Shown: in pieces, positions 24,428 through 36,904 of the stretch | Position numbering within the stretch: the stretch's first letter is position 1 | Layout of the letters: every line of letters begins with the position of its first letter | Assembly (NCBI RefSeq): GCF_000372725.1 | Contig: NW_005201613.1 | Location: 154,290-218,289 of the forward strand | Reading direction: 5' to 3' | Source: Emiliania huxleyi CCMP1516 | Taxonomy: Eukaryota | DNA: 64,000 nt | Notes under the pieces: model-generated | Told to the model about the DNA's origin: nothing | Databases searched by the model: none | What the model saw: the letters and a program-made list of their open reading frames with translations, nothing else | Program-made: the position numbers and the translations under genes

Positions 24428-25613
24428 CTGAGCCCTGGTGTCGAGGTGTCGAGGCCCGGTGGCGCGGAGGGTGTCGAGCTGCTGTCGAGGGGTAGAGGTG
24501 TCGAGCACGGTGAGGCCTGTCGAGGCCTGTCGCTCGAGGCCTGTCGAGGCCTGTCGAGGCCTGTCGAGGCCTGTCGAGGCCTGTCGAGGCTTGTCGAGGC
24601 TGGTACCACGCTTGCCAGTGTCGAGGGGTGTCGAGGGGTGTCGAGGGGTGTCGAGGGGTGTCGAGGTGTGTCGAGGGGTGGTGGGTGTATCAACAAAACT
24701 TGGGCAGCAGTTGCAAAGCTGTTTCATCCCTTAGTTGCAGCCTCTCAGTTGCACCCTGTTGATGTAGCACAACCTGAGCACAACCAGTATACTCTCTGTG
24801 GACATTTGAGGACATCAAGTGCCGGGAGTCATTGCCACTGTGCACAAAGGTGCTGTGCAGGCGCAGCACCGCAGCAGCGTCGCCGCTGCAGCGTCGTCGC
24901 CCCTGCAGCGCCACCGGCGCACAAAGCGCAACTGACCACAGCGCTCCTTTCACAAGGCTGGTGCCATGAGTCAGTGGACATTGCCACTGCACAAGGTGCT
25001 GTCCAGCAGCTAAGGGCTACAGTACCCCATCGCAGCAGCGTCGCCGCCGCTGCAGCGTCGCCGTTGCAGCGTCGCCAGTGCACAAAGCGCAATGGACCAC
25101 AGGTCTGCACTCATGGCACAAGCTCACTGGCGTGAGGATTCATTGCCACTGTACAAGGATCAAGGTGCTGTGCAGCACCTGAGGGCTGCCTGAGTACTGC
25201 CATGTTTGCTACATCAACAGGGGTGCAACTGAGCCGCAACTTGACCTAGAACTTTTGAGAGGCTGCAACTCAGGGATGAAAGTACTGCCAGGCAAGTATT
25301 GCTGCTGCAACCCTGATTTCTAACTCTGTGACTCCAAATGGGTCTACGTCTCTGCTGGTGTTAGATCATCAGAGGTGTCGAGGTGGTGTCGAGCGGTGTC
25401 GAGCGGTGTCGAGCGGTGTCGAGCGGTGTCGAGCGGTGTCGGGGTGTCGAGTTTGGCACCTTGACACCAGCGAGCGTGGTACCAGCCTAGATGGTGTCGA
25501 GGGGTGTCGAGGGGTGTCGAGGGGTGTGTCGAGTTGGTCGAGTTGGCATGGGGTGTCGAGGTGTCGAGTTGGTGTCGAGGTTGGTGTCGAGGTGTGTCGA
25601 GGCCAGGGCTCAG
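24428..25613. mobile_element. Non-autonomous TIR element (hAT-like by TSD length) with TGTCGAG subterminal arrays
   Basis: 11-bp TIR CTGAGCCCTGG...CCAGGGCTCAG; 8-bp TSD ATCAGCAG/ATCAGAAG (7/8); dozens of TGTCGAG motifs at both ends; internal inverted and direct repeats. Confidence 0.8.
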
Positions 25614-25959
25614 ATCAGAAGTTTTATCTCTGGGCCCCGAAAGGCTCAAACAACTAACAAAATCTCTCAAAGGCATCTCTAGCAGCGTCGTTCCCTCCTG
25701 GGCGCAAGCGCCTCACGTCTCGACAGAGCACAAGCCCTTGGCGTGCGACGAGACGAGCTTTTCGACACACACACGCCTAAGGGAATCCTGCCGGGCTTAA
25801 AATTCATTTTTCGCACAAGCCGCGCATCTCAGTCGTTCTTCACACGGCCATCGCAGAGCAGATTGTGAATGAGCTTGCCTGCGGCGAGGGCGGTCGAATG
25901 CACGGAGCTAAGTGCCTCGCCGTCCTCGCGGGGGTCGCTTAGGCGGCTCCCGTGGTGTA

Positions 25960-26430
25960 CCTGTGTTAGTGCCAGTGCGCGCCAGTAAAGAAAGAAAGAA
26001 AACAGACAACCCAAGGGAGGGATGGGAGGACGGCACGCCGCTAGGGGCGCGGATTTTTTGGAGCACTTGGAGTGCAGTCATTAGCCTCACATCCAGGGCC
26101 GGGGAGCTCAGAAGCGCACCCAGCGGGCCGGATGATCGGGATCGGGTTGCGGGCAAGAAAGCCCTAGCCCCGGGGGTGCGCGTTCGCAGGGCAAGGGCCT
26201 TAAAGTAAACACGGGTCTCCGAGGGTTAGCCCCGCGTACCGGGTTTCCCCTTAACTGCAGGACGCCCCCTCTACTCGGAGCTAATGAACACCATACTGCA
26301 CGCCCCACACCACCACTCTACACTCACTTGCGTCGGCGTTTGAGTAGACCCCCCCGCCTGAGGGCTCACCCCTCGCCTTCCCAGGGTCTCAACCCTCCTT
26401 GATTCGCTCTCTTGCTCGTCTCCCGAGCGT
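25960..26430 (-). mobile_element. Stacked repeat modules C + B + long family A copy
   Basis: C GTGTTAGTGCCAGTGCGCGCCAGT (also 41839); B 25988-26027; A 26058 to about 26290, nearly identical to 46125-46360; 26396-26429 matches 11402-11434. Confidence 0.75.
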
Positions 26431-26571
26431 TATGCGACGACCGGTCTGGTCGTTTCCCTCGTTGTTGGTGTCGCTTCCTCCGCTGCCGCCCTTCATCTCC
26501 GCCAGCTTCTCCCGGCTCCACCGCTTCCGAGGGCGTCGACGACCCGGTCGAGGTCTCCCCGGGCGAGGGTT

Positions 26572-26808
26572 TGTCGGCGGATACACGCCGGCCAAGAGCG
26601 GGAGCGCCAGAGAGAAGACAAAAGGCAACATGTAGCAAAGCTCTCTCTAACGCCGCGGTCAAAAGAGACCGTGAAGGTCGGGGTTCGTTCCACCTCACGT
26701 CGGCTCCATGTCGGCGGAAACACGCCGGCCAAGAGCGGGAGCGCCAGAGAGAAGACAAAAGGCAACATGTAGCAAAGCTCTCTCTAACGCCGCGGTCAAA
26801 AGAGACCG
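26572..26808. repeat. ~100-bp direct duplication
   Basis: TGTCGGCGGA.ACACGCCGGCCAAGAGCGGG...CAAAAGAGACCG at about 26572-26671 and 26709-26808. Confidence 0.85.
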
Positions 26809-27058
26809 CGGACCTTGAATTTCGGCGGCGCCGAAATTCACACAAGACTGTGAACACACCCACAGGACGCCGAGTACAAGACAATAGGAAGGGAGTGTAC
26901 TCAGGCAGTCAGGGACGGGTGGATTCAAGAACATACTAAGAGCACCTAAAGGAGCAAGGCATAGCTGTGAAGTGGTCTCTCCACTGAGAGGGTTTTTTAT
27001 GTTTTTTTCGCACATCCGCTGACTTTCAGGCATGGCGACCATCCGCTGACTTTCAGGC

Positions 27059-30000
27059 ATGGGGTACGAGAGCCTCAGCATCGGCATCAATGATGCCGTC
27101 GCCGCCTCATTCGCAGTACTCAGCGTTGCAGTGTTTATATGTCTTCCCATAGCTGCGTGGGGATGGCTCGTCTACCCGCTCTGGCGGAGCGGCGGCTTAC
27201 ACGGCTGGATCACGCGCGGCGGCGGCGGGCGGATGCACAGCACGGAGACGGGCGCTCGGCGCACCCCGCGGCCCGCCCTCGTTACCTTTCGCGACATTCA
27301 CTACTCCGTAAAGCTGTCCGGCCGGGGCCGGCCGGAGTTGCACATACTGAAGGGCGTGAGTGGTGTCCTGCTGCCGGGGACGTTGACTGCTATTATGGGC
27401 CCTAGTGGCTGCGGCAAGTCCACCCTCCTCGACATCCTCGCCGACACCAAGCGAGTTGGCGTCGTCGAGGGGGATGTACGACTGAACGGCGAGGCGCGCG
27501 GCACGGACTTTCGGTCGACGTGCGCGTACGTGATGCAGGAGGACTGCTGCCACTCGACGCTCACCGTACACGAGACGCTCTGGTTCGTGTGCGCCCTGAG
27601 GCTCGGGCCCGACGTCGGGCGCCAGGAGCGACACACACTGCTCACCCACGGATCGGATCTCTTGCACTTGATGCCGGGGCCTCCTTTCCCTGGACGTGGG
27701 GTCGCACCTTACCTTAGGAGCGGCTCGAGCTCATCACCCGGACGATGGTCGACCTCGACCTCGCGCACGTGGCAGACACGCGCATCGGCGACGACGTGTC
27801 CGGCGGCCTGTCTGGCGGCCAGCGCCGCCGCGTCACTATCGCGATCGAGATCCTCTCCGGGCCTGCCCTGGTGCTGCTCGACGAGCCGACCTCCGGACTG
27901 GACGCGTACGGAGCGCAGCAGGCGGTGGCCACACCGCCTGCGGTGGCCACACGCACACAAGACCCACGACGTCTCTCCCCCGCTGCGTCTCCCCCGCCTC
28001 CTCAATGCCGTGGGCTCAATGCCGTGGGTCTGCTTCCCCTCCTCCGGAAGAGGTTCAGCGGGCGGAGTGGACCACACGACACGCGGTGGAGAGGTTTTGC
28101 CCCTTTGCATGTTAGGTGGTCGCGGCGCTACGCCGCTTCGCGGACCGCGGCCGCACCCTCGCCTGTACCATCCACCAGCCGCGCGCCGAGACCTTCGCGC
28201 TCTTCCACCAGCTGCTCCTGATCAAGGCGGGCGAAACCATGTATTGCGGGCCGGTGGCGCAGGCGCATATGGACCCGCGAGATATAGACCCGAGATATAG
28301 GCCCGAGACATACAACCGAGTACAACCGAGACGTGATCACACAAGGGGGCCAACCTCTTGGCCTAGGTGCCCGACTTTCTTCGCGGCTGCGGCGTGGCGT
28401 GCCCGCCGTCGGTCAACCTCGCCGATGTGGTGGTCGACCTCACGCACACCAAGGAGGCGGACGCCGACGCCGACGGCGCCGAGCAGAGTGTCGACCTCGT
28501 AGCCCGCTTCGCCGCGTCGGCCCTCCGGCCTAGATGCGTCCACTGTGTCCACGCCGTCACGCGGCGCTCCAATGAAAGACGCCGCAAGACACCATCTTCC
28601 CGCCCCCACTCTGGCGTGCTCACAACAAACACAGGCCCTCCGCCGTAAGATCGAGGACGAGATTGACTCAGTCGAGCTCGGGTGCCACCCGGACCTCGCC
28701 GACGCGGCGGCGTCGCTCGAGGCTCCAAAGGAGCAGGAGGGCGCTCGCGTCGGCTGCTGCGGCAGCAGCGGCGGCTACCCCACCCCGCTGATGCACCAGG
28801 TCGTCATAGTTGCTTCATACATCCGTACACACTCACTCGAGTGACACGCGGTTCACAATGCCAGCAACATGCCGCTGTGTGCACCCGGCAGGTCGGCGTC
28901 CTGGTGCGGAGGCAGTGGACGCTCGACACGCGCAATTTCGGGTACCAGTTCACCTGGGTCCTCAACGGTTTTGTGCTTGCGCTCAACGCCTCAACCTACC
29001 TGCTGGTCGAGCAGCCGCCGCTCAGTGCGCAACCAGCGTCCGTGTACCGCGACGACATGGGCTGCGACCCCATCGAACCGAGCGGGCGACAGGGGTGCGT
29101 CTGCCACGTGCCGATGGACGAAGCCGCCTCGAACGGCCAGTACAACGTGGGCGCCGACGCGACCGAGTGCGGCCGGGCGATCCTCGCCAGCGCGAACGCC
29201 GTCTTTGCGTTCCGAGGCTTCCTCTTCCTCGTCATCAACGCCCTGTTCGTCAACGAGGCCGTGTTTGTGCCGGCCGTCATCGCCGACAAGCGCTTCTTCG
29301 CGCGCGAGCACGGCGCTCGCGCTCACTCCTTCCTCATATCTCCCCGCATCTCCCCATATCTCCCCATATCTCCCCATATCTCCCCATATCTCCCCTCGCA
29401 GGAGCGCGCGCCTACTCCGTCCTCGCGTGGCACCTCGCCTGGCTCGTCAAGCTCGGGCTCACCGCGGCCCTCAAGGCGCTCTTCTACACGCCCTGCTTCT
29501 ACTTCATCGGCCAGCTGCGCCCCGCCTGGTCCGCCTACTTGGCCGCCGCCCTGGTCACCGGCGGGATGGGCCTCGCCGGCTCAGCGGTCGAGAGTACCAG
29601 AGATTACCCGAGATTACCCCGAGACCCGAGCTTGGTCCTGAGTCGGAGAGTGCTGATCACCACGCCCCCTCCCCTCTCTCTCGGCTCCGCCTTGCTAATG
29701 AGTGATCCCCCTCGCACACGTACTCATGCTAGGTCGCCATGCTCCTCACCACGCTCGTCCCCGGGCTCGGCGCCGCCACCACCGCGTTCGGCTGCGCGGT
29801 GCTGCTCTACCAGAACGTCTGCGGCTTCTTCCTTCCAATCGCCGCCATCCCGCCCTACCTGACGTGGCTCACCTGGACGTCCGTCTTCACGTACGGCTAC
29901 TACGCAATCGTCACCTCGCAGCAGATGTTCGGCTCCATTGAACTCCCAGGCGACACGCCGGCGAGAACCTGATTGATTATTCGGTTATCATTGTGCAGTG

Positions 30001-30650
30001 GTCGATCTCCAGGAGATTCCGACGAGAGCATCGAGGACCGACTCGTCTTCGCCTTTTGCTTCGTCCTCTACGTATGGTGTTTCCTCTTACGGCACCCAGA
30101 GCGATGAGATCGATGAAGTGCAAAGGAATTAATCATTGGTTCCTTATATAGGTGTCTTCTCTTCCACGGTGCCGCCTACGCCATCACGCGCGCCTACAGC
30201 TCCCACCACGCAGCATACCTCGGCCCAGACGGACCACGCAGCACGTTGACACGCCGCAAGGCTGCTGCCATCCTTGCCGCCGACGGCGCCTCCGCCTCCG
30301 GCACCACCACCAGCGCCGAGGGCGCCGCCGCCGAGGGCACCGCCACCAGCGCCGAGGGCGCCACCGCCGCCGCATCGATGCCGTCGCGGTGGAGCAAGAT
30401 ACGCGAGGTCGTCTTGCGCGCCGACGGGCCCCGTCTCTCGACGGTGGCGGGGAGCTCGCTGTCGCTTGGCAGGACCCTGCAGCGGGTGCGGTCGCAGCTG
30501 CTGACGATGCGCGACGACGCGCGCGAGCAGCTGGTTATGAGGCATGACAGCGCAGCCCGCGCCGTCGCCACGCCGCGCATGGCCACGACGACCCCCTCCT
30601 CCACCCTCGCGGCGCGCCTGAGCGTCATCCCGCACGGCAGCGGGGCTTGA
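27059..30650 (+). CDS. ABCG (White-family) half transporter, multi-exon
   Basis: Walker A GPSGCGKS, YVMQED, signature LSGGQRRR, LLDEPTSGLD, TIHQP, then TM domain (..RFFAREH, GFFLP..IP.YL.WL). Confidence 0.92.
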
Positions 30651-31099
30651 GCTGAGCCGGACCGCACCTTCACGAACACACGCAGTGTGCTGTGGACGCG
30701 CGTCCCCTAGGGGCCCGGACGCAGTGTCCCAGCAAAGTATCTGTTCACTTTACTGTTTCACGGTTCGCGTCTCGAGGTTTTGTGGGGACCGCGCGGCTGC
30801 CCCTAGCTCAGGCGCGCCTCGCACACCTCAATATGTGTGTGAAGTCACAGTGCGGGGCTCCTCGTGCTCTCGTCTTGTCTATGTCTTGGTAGAGTCGAGG
30901 TAAGGTAAGGCGGTATGGTAAACGTCTCGCCACACCAGGTGAGCTGGTAAGGGGGGGCAACCCTCGTGACTCCCCACGTCTAAAAAAAAGACAGGAAAAT
31001 CGGCAGAATCCAGTACAGTACAGTAAATAAAGTGCCGTCTGCCAACGAAGGCCCACAGTGCGTGGGTGAGCCCTGAGCGGTTTGTGTGAGGGGGGGGGT

Positions 31100-31841
31100 C
31101 ACGTCACTGCGCCTCCGCCGGCTCCCCCCGTTGCGTCTTCCTCGTTCGTGTCCTTGTCAATCCATCCTCGAAGCTCTCCAATGTAGCTAGCGTCCGCTGC
31201 GAATGCCTCGAAGTAAACAGCAGGCGCTGCCTGCAGGTGCGAGCAGCTCAAAGCTGCATGAGGTGCGAGCAGCTGGCCAGCAGCCGCTTGAAGTCCTTTT
31301 GTAGCTTGGACATCTCATGACTATCAAACTGCCCGTGCCTGTGCTCCATCGCGGCGTGCTTTGTCTCCGTCAGCAGCGTCTCAATCTCCGCGAGCACGCT
31401 CTCGAGGCCATCCTCCTTGGCCTCGAGGCGAAGCTTCTTCTCGATCCCCACCGCGATCCCGTTCACCACCCCAACAACAGCCATCGTCTCTTGGCTGATG
31501 TGCAGGGCGACAGCCGCAGCAATGAGGGAAGAGGTGCTCAGCCTGCAGATCCAGCGGGGCGACGATCATGGGTGACGTGTGACGAGGCGATGTGATCGAG
31601 CCAGAGATGTGAGATCTGCTGGCTAGAGATGCTGCTAGAGGGTTCATCCCGCCATCTAGGCCACAAGCTGGAGCAGGAGAAGAAGCTTGTTTGTTACGCC
31701 CAATATCTTTTTCACCGCCGACGCAGCCCTTTCCACGCGCAGGAGCTGGGTCTCAATGTCCTCGAGAATCAGGTCGATGTGCGAGCTGCTCCCGGCGCCT
31801 TCCAGGGCCATTGGTAGCAGGGGCTCGGCGGCAGAAGACAT
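31100..31841 (-). CDS. Small two-TM protein (SLATT-like topology), splicing unresolved
   Basis: Two coding-like segments give hydrophobic helices (LLLLLQLV/LSTSSLIAAAVAL and MAVVGVVNGIAVGI) followed by an amphipathic helix; no clean in-frame splice was found. Confidence 0.35.
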
Positions 31842-32065
31842 CGAAGAGCACTTGCCGAATGGCGTGGTATGCGGGCCCCAGTCAGTACGAGCCGACGCCT
31901 AGTTGCGCAGTTGGGCGCAACAACACACACAACACAAAGCTCAACTATCACGGACGACCAAAAAAAAATAATGAGTCGTCTGGACACAAGAATTTTACAA
32001 CAAACACAAGAACCAACCACAGAGGAACTTCTCCCGCCCGGGGAAACAAAGAAAAAGCCGGGTCC

Positions 32066-32503
32066 CTAACAGAAGCCTCGTTTCAAGTATAGCAGAGAAA
32101 TGGACAGTAGGCGCATCACCGCCTGACTGCTGACGGCCCCGGGTCCTTGCCAGCTCTGCGACCAGCGTCGGCTCAGTATTCCGAATCGCACCGCAAGGCG
32201 ACAACTAACTCCGGCCGTCAAGTCGACCCACTCGTTGGTGTTGTACACGTTGACGTCCGCGATGTTCTTGGCCTCGGTGTTGCAGTCTTTGCAAGTAGGA
32301 ATAATCCACATGCCGCTGTGACCTTTGATCTGCACGTGCGCGCCGACGTGGCCATCTTCGAGGTAGTTCCCGCACGAGCGCTGCGGGCACTGAGTCAGTG
32401 AAGCGTTGTAGCTCATGATCGCCCCGCGCTGGCGCTCGTCGAGACCAGTCGTGCCGACCGCGTGCTTGAAGTACGTGCCTCGCGGGACCCGAACAGCTTT
32501 CAT
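32066..32503 (-). CDS. Small Zn-binding HNH-like (betabetaalpha-Me) protein
   Basis: CPQRSC...HVGAHVQ...WIIPTCKDCN motif; ATG 32503 follows a CAG acceptor, so an upstream exon is possible. Confidence 0.6.
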   Translation of the reverse strand: MKAVRVPRGTYFKHAVGTTGLDERQRGAIMSYNASLTQCPQRSCGNYLEDGHVGAHVQIKGHSGMWIIPTCKDCNTEAKNIADVNVYNTNEWVDLTAGVSCRLAVRFGILSRRWSQSWQGPGAVSSQAVMRLLSISLLYLKRGFC

Positions 32504-33004
32504 CACCTGCTAAGTGAGGTCTGTTGTTCATGGCTTCGGCGCGCGGCGAAGAGCGTGGTGTGTGATCACGCGGGGTGGAGAGTGCGGTGTGTGAGCGCGC
32601 GGGGCGGAGATTGCGGGTGAGGGACGGCGTTGGATAGCGGGGTGGTGGAGAGGTGGGCGGTGGAGAGCGGGCGATGGAGAGGTGGGCGGTGAAGAGCGGG
32701 TGGTTAGTGAGGCGGGGAGGGGCGCAGCCGCGCGTGTTGTGCTGGTGGTGGCGCGGAGGCGCTGGCGAGGGCGGCGCCGTGGGGCTGAGCGGCTCTGGTG
32801 CAGCAAGGGCTTCCGGCGCGCGGTGGAGAGCGCGCGGTGGAGAGCGCGTGCACGTGGGGCGGCGAGTCGAGCGTAGGAGGGTGAGCGCGAAAGGGCAACG
32901 GCGCACAGAAGCGGAAGACTCGACCGGAGGACGAAGACACGCGGAGCGCTTGCTTTTGTTGGAAAAGAATTCCCGCACGATCTCAAAGTACGACAAGGGC
33001 GTGG

Positions 33005-33060
33005 ACTCCCTTGGGTTGTCCGTTTTCTTTCTTTCTTTAAGGGCGTGGACTGGCGCACAC
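33005..33060 (+). repeat. Repeat family B end with (TTTC)n tail plus C-like motif
   Basis: CTCCCTTGGGTTGTCCGTTTTCTTTCTTTCTTT is the reverse complement of B; followed by AGGGCGTGGACTGGCGCACAC. Confidence 0.7.
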
Positions 33061-33277
33061 CGGAAGAGAAACAGTTTGGAAGTCACATTTTGACAGTGCG
33101 GCCGACAGAACAGAAAGGTTCTGAAGACGGTGGTGGCGCCAAAGGCCTCGCTGCTCTGTTCACGGAGTGCGAGCCGCCTTGCCGAAGAAGAAAAAATAAC
33201 ACCTAGCGCCCGTGACATCCAGCACTTGAGACGCTTTGAGCTCCTGTCAAGGACGCAATAGTCGGAAGCCGAAGCTC

Positions 33278-34394
33278 ATGAGCAGCTTCGTTGAGTCGCT
33301 CGATGCGAGGCTCGCACAGGAGCAGCACGAGTCGCTCGACGCGACTCTCCTGCTCGCACGGGAGCAATGCGATTCGCTCGACCCGGATGCGGTCTCGTAT
33401 GTCGACGCTCTCCTGCTCGCGCAGCAGCAACGCTCCTCGCTTCCGCCGCTGCTCGACAATTGCTCTTCGCTTCCGCCGCTGCTCGACCAAGCGTCAGCCA
33501 AATGGCTTCACCACCGCGAGTCCTTTGCTCCCGCGCTAAGCGACATCAGCGAGCAGAAGTGCAAGCGTTGGGCCTTGGAGGTCGAGCGACAGGAGGTGTC
33601 GCTCCGCGCCTTGATCACCGCTGCTTTGAGTGCCGTGCTGTGTCGCTCACCCCGCGTCGTCTCCAGGTGAAGCGGCTGCGGTGGAGCATCGATGCGTTCG
33701 GCACGGGCTTCGGCCTGGCCGAGGCCTCGACCCTCACGATGCTGATGGACTGCGGCCTCACCAACGGACTCTCGCACATCCGGCTGGGAGGCTGCTACCT
33801 CGGCGATGATGGCCTGCGCCCGATCGTCGCCTCGCTCGCCCGCGTCCCGCGCCTCCGCACCCTCGGCCTCGCGCACAACGGCCTCGGCGACTGTTCCATC
33901 CAGGCCCTGGCGGAAGCGCTCTCGGCGAGCCCCGGCCGGGTGCTGCCCGCTCTGCAGCGTCTCTGGCTCTTTGGGAACGACATCTCCGACGAGGGCGTGA
34001 TCTCCCTCACCAAGCTATTTGAGGCCGGCGAGCTGCCCCGCCTCGCCAAGCTCGGCCTGGGCGCCAACTGCATCGGTGACGCGGGCGTGCAGGTCTGAAA
34101 CGCTGCGTTTCGCTCCCTGTACTCACAGACTGTACTCAGAGCCTCACCCCGCCACTCCCTTTGCTCCCGCAGGCCCTCGCCCGCTGCGGCCGCACCGCCC
34201 TCGGCGCTGTGGACACGCTCGGCCTGCGCGAGAACCCGCGCATCAGCACCGCCGGCGTGGACGCGATGGCCGCGGCCCTGGAGAGCGGCGCCTTTGCGAG
34301 CCTCAAGACGCTCTGGCTCCCCGCGGCGCACGAGTGGCACGGCGGCATCGCGGCCGCCTGCCGAGAGCGCGAGGTCACCCTCATCTGTGCCTGA
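33278..34394 (+). CDS. RNI-like leucine-rich-repeat protein (3 exons)
   Basis: LxxLxLxxNxIxDxG repeats (LRTLGLAHNGLGD, LQRLWLFGNDISDEG, LAKLGLGANCIGDAG); introns about 33596-33667 and 34093-34172. Confidence 0.85.
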
Positions 34395-34649
34395 GATGAG
34401 AGCGAGGCGCGGGGGCGTCGCTCGGCTCCGCCCCGAGAGCCGAGTTTCGCCAGCAGGCCCCCGGTGTAGGCGTCGAGATGGCGAGGAGGGGCAACATGTT
34501 CTTGTGTAGCAGATTTTGTACTATACGTAGCCGGCAGCATGTGCCACTGTGAAGGGTCGCTGCATGGGGGGCCGTACAGCTGAATCCTAAATCCATATTT
34601 GTTTTTGTGTCCATATCATGGACCACTGCGTATCTTTGCACTTTGGTTC

Positions 34650-34744
34650 TTGGGGCACTTGGAGTGCATTTGGCAACCTCACATCCAGGAAGGGGAGCTA
34701 AGAAGCGCACCCAGCGGGCCATGCTCGGTATCGGGTTGCGGGCA
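34650..34744 (-). mobile_element. Diverged repeat family A copy
   Basis: GCACTTGGAGTGCA...CCTCACATCCAGG..GGGGAGCTAAGAAGCGCACCCAGCGGGCC..GGGTTGCGGGCA. Confidence 0.7.
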
Positions 34745-34819
34745 GCGCCGGGTTTTTTTCTCCTTTTTCGAGACGGGCAGACGTCCTAGGGTACTAGTAT
34801 GCATGTGCATGCACATGTG

Positions 34820-35377
34820 ATGCTCCCTCGCCTGCGTGAAGCAGCCGGCGCGCTGGTGACCGGCCACTGCGTGTTCACGGCCGCCGGCATCGGCGCTGCT
34901 TGCACCTCTAGACTCGACTCACCCGCCACAGCGCCAAGCGACCCTCGCTGCTCAAAGGAACGGGCGCTCGCTGCCGCGATGTACAGCGGGCGTGGCCTCG
35001 ATGAGCAGGCCTGCAGCCCTCAGGTGACCTTCACCGACCCCGTGGCTCGCTGTTCAGGGCGGCGGGAGGTGAGCGAAGCCTTCCGTGCGCTAACCTTCTG
35101 TCGCCCGGAGCACGTCGAGGCGCCGCGCGCAAACTTCATCGACGACCTCACCTCCACTGTCGACCTCCACCAGCGCTACTTCTCGTGCGCACTCCTGCCG
35201 AGCGGGCTGGTCGTGCGGAGCACGCTGCTCGTGCGCCGGCGGGCGGCGGACGGGCTCGTCTGCGAGCTCGAGGAGAGGTGGAATGGCGCTCTCCTCTTCG
35301 GGTGGGTCGCTTTCCGGTGGGCGCGGAGAGTCAACGGCATGCTCAGCTCGCTACTCACGCCACTTCTGCTGCGCTGA
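34820..35377 (+). CDS. NTF2/SnoaL-like (DUF2358-type) protein
   Basis: VTFTDPVARCSGRREV..F and ELEERWNG motifs; intronless ORF. Confidence 0.6.
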   Translation: MLPRLREAAGALVTGHCVFTAAGIGAACTSRLDSPATAPSDPRCSKERALAAAMYSGRGLDEQACSPQVTFTDPVARCSGRREVSEAFRALTFCRPEHVEAPRANFIDDLTSTVDLHQRYFSCALLPSGLVVRSTLLVRRRAADGLVCELEERWNGALLFGWVAFRWARRVNGMLSSLLTPLLLR

Positions 35378-36055
35378 CGTCGCTGCCCACGCCTCTATTG
35401 CGTTGACGTCGGCTCCCGGAGCCGTCCGTCCCTCCTCTGCGGGCAGAGGCGACGGCTTGGAGGGCGTGCCACCGCCCCACGCGCTCGCGCGGCAGAGGTC
35501 AATCTCATTGCGACGGGCGCGGCGCTGCGGCCGTACGCCTCGTGCTACTACCCGGGCGACCAGCTCAGCTCCGTTTATTTATTTAGTCCTCGTCGACCGA
35601 TTCAGCGATGCGTCCACACGCTCCTGTTTATGATTTGAATCGTTCCGCGCGAGAATTGGCTGGCTATAGAAAGGGTACACTCACATAGCAATCCCCCGCA
35701 CACATGCATGAACCACACGCGGTGAACACAGAGAGAGAGGGGTCGACGACCTTTTGCCAGCGGAATGCACGGGAGCACACGGTAATATTATTAGGATATG
35801 GGTTAGGGGTGTGGGCGGTAGGCGATACTAGGGCGCAGCGCTTTATTAGGGAGGGGCGGGGGTGGGGGGAGGGGGAAGGGGGGGGGGGGGGAGTACACGG
35901 GAGAGAGGGGAGCACGCACAGAGGGCAGTCATCGGTCTCGAGCAGCGTCGGATCGGCCCTCGCGTCCGCCGCCGCGGCAAGTTGCGCTGCGGCACGCTGC
36001 CTGTGCGGATGGGGCTCTGCCGGCGAGAAACGCGGGGCGGCTACTCTTCTGCCGC

Positions 36056-36904
36056 TCATCTGTCGAGCTCCTCGAGCAGCTGCGGGCCGGGGGGCAGGGG
36101 AGAGGGGGTCGACGAGTTGGAAGAGGAGGCGGCGGCAAAGGGGGTGGGGGGGTGGGGGGGTGGGGGGGTGGGGGGGGTCGCACCTCTGAGAGAGGTCGCA
36201 GCTCGAGCTCTCCGAATGTGTTCTCCCCGCCGTACATCATGTACATGAATCCGTCCGGGTCGCGATGGTTCTCGTAGACGGTCGACATGAGCGCGGCGGT
36301 GGGCGGCAGCGTGTTGTTGACAAAGATGAAGATGGCCTTCTCGGGAGGGATCGAGATGCGCTTGCGGATCACGTACACGAACTGGCCGACCGTCAGGTCC
36401 ATCGGGATCAGGTACTTTCGCTTGTCCACCTGTGGCGCAGCGCGCAACCAGCGCTCGGGCAGGGGGCAGCGGGGGCGCCGGCCGCGAGCGAATGGCAGCA
36501 CCGGCGGGATGTCTGAGCGCGGCTCCTTCTCGCAGATGACGGGGATGCGGTCCGGGTACTTTTCGCGGATCCGCGCCGCCTCCGCCTGCCGCTTCTCAAA
36601 CGGGTGGTCCTGCGGCGGGCAGGCGGGTCTTGGCGGGAGGGCAGGCGCCGCAGAGGGGCGGGGGAGACGGAAGGGGGCGGGCGAATAGAGCGCGAGCGGC
36701 GCGGTACGAGGGGTAGGCTCGTGCGCGGGGAGCAGTCCGGCCCGCTAATTTGCACCACTCAACTCCCGCCAAACCGGCGCGCGAAACCAGGGCGGGCAGG
36801 GGGGGGCTTGCGGGCCGGGCAGGCGGGGCGGGCTGCGGGGATGGGCTGCGGTCTCTGGGGGCGTGGGGCGCCTTCTTGTAGGCGAAATCTGCGCAGCGCG
36901 GCAT
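36056..36904 (-). CDS. ATG8: Autophagy ubiquitin-like protein Atg8 (4 exons)
   Basis: [65 protein letters not shown]. Confidence 0.96.

Noticed and set aside
26058..26295. HDV-like or hammerhead ribozyme in repeat family A
   Set aside because: GCTAA is present, but I could not build P1-P3 pairings conserved across copies; it needs an Infernal/RNArobo search.
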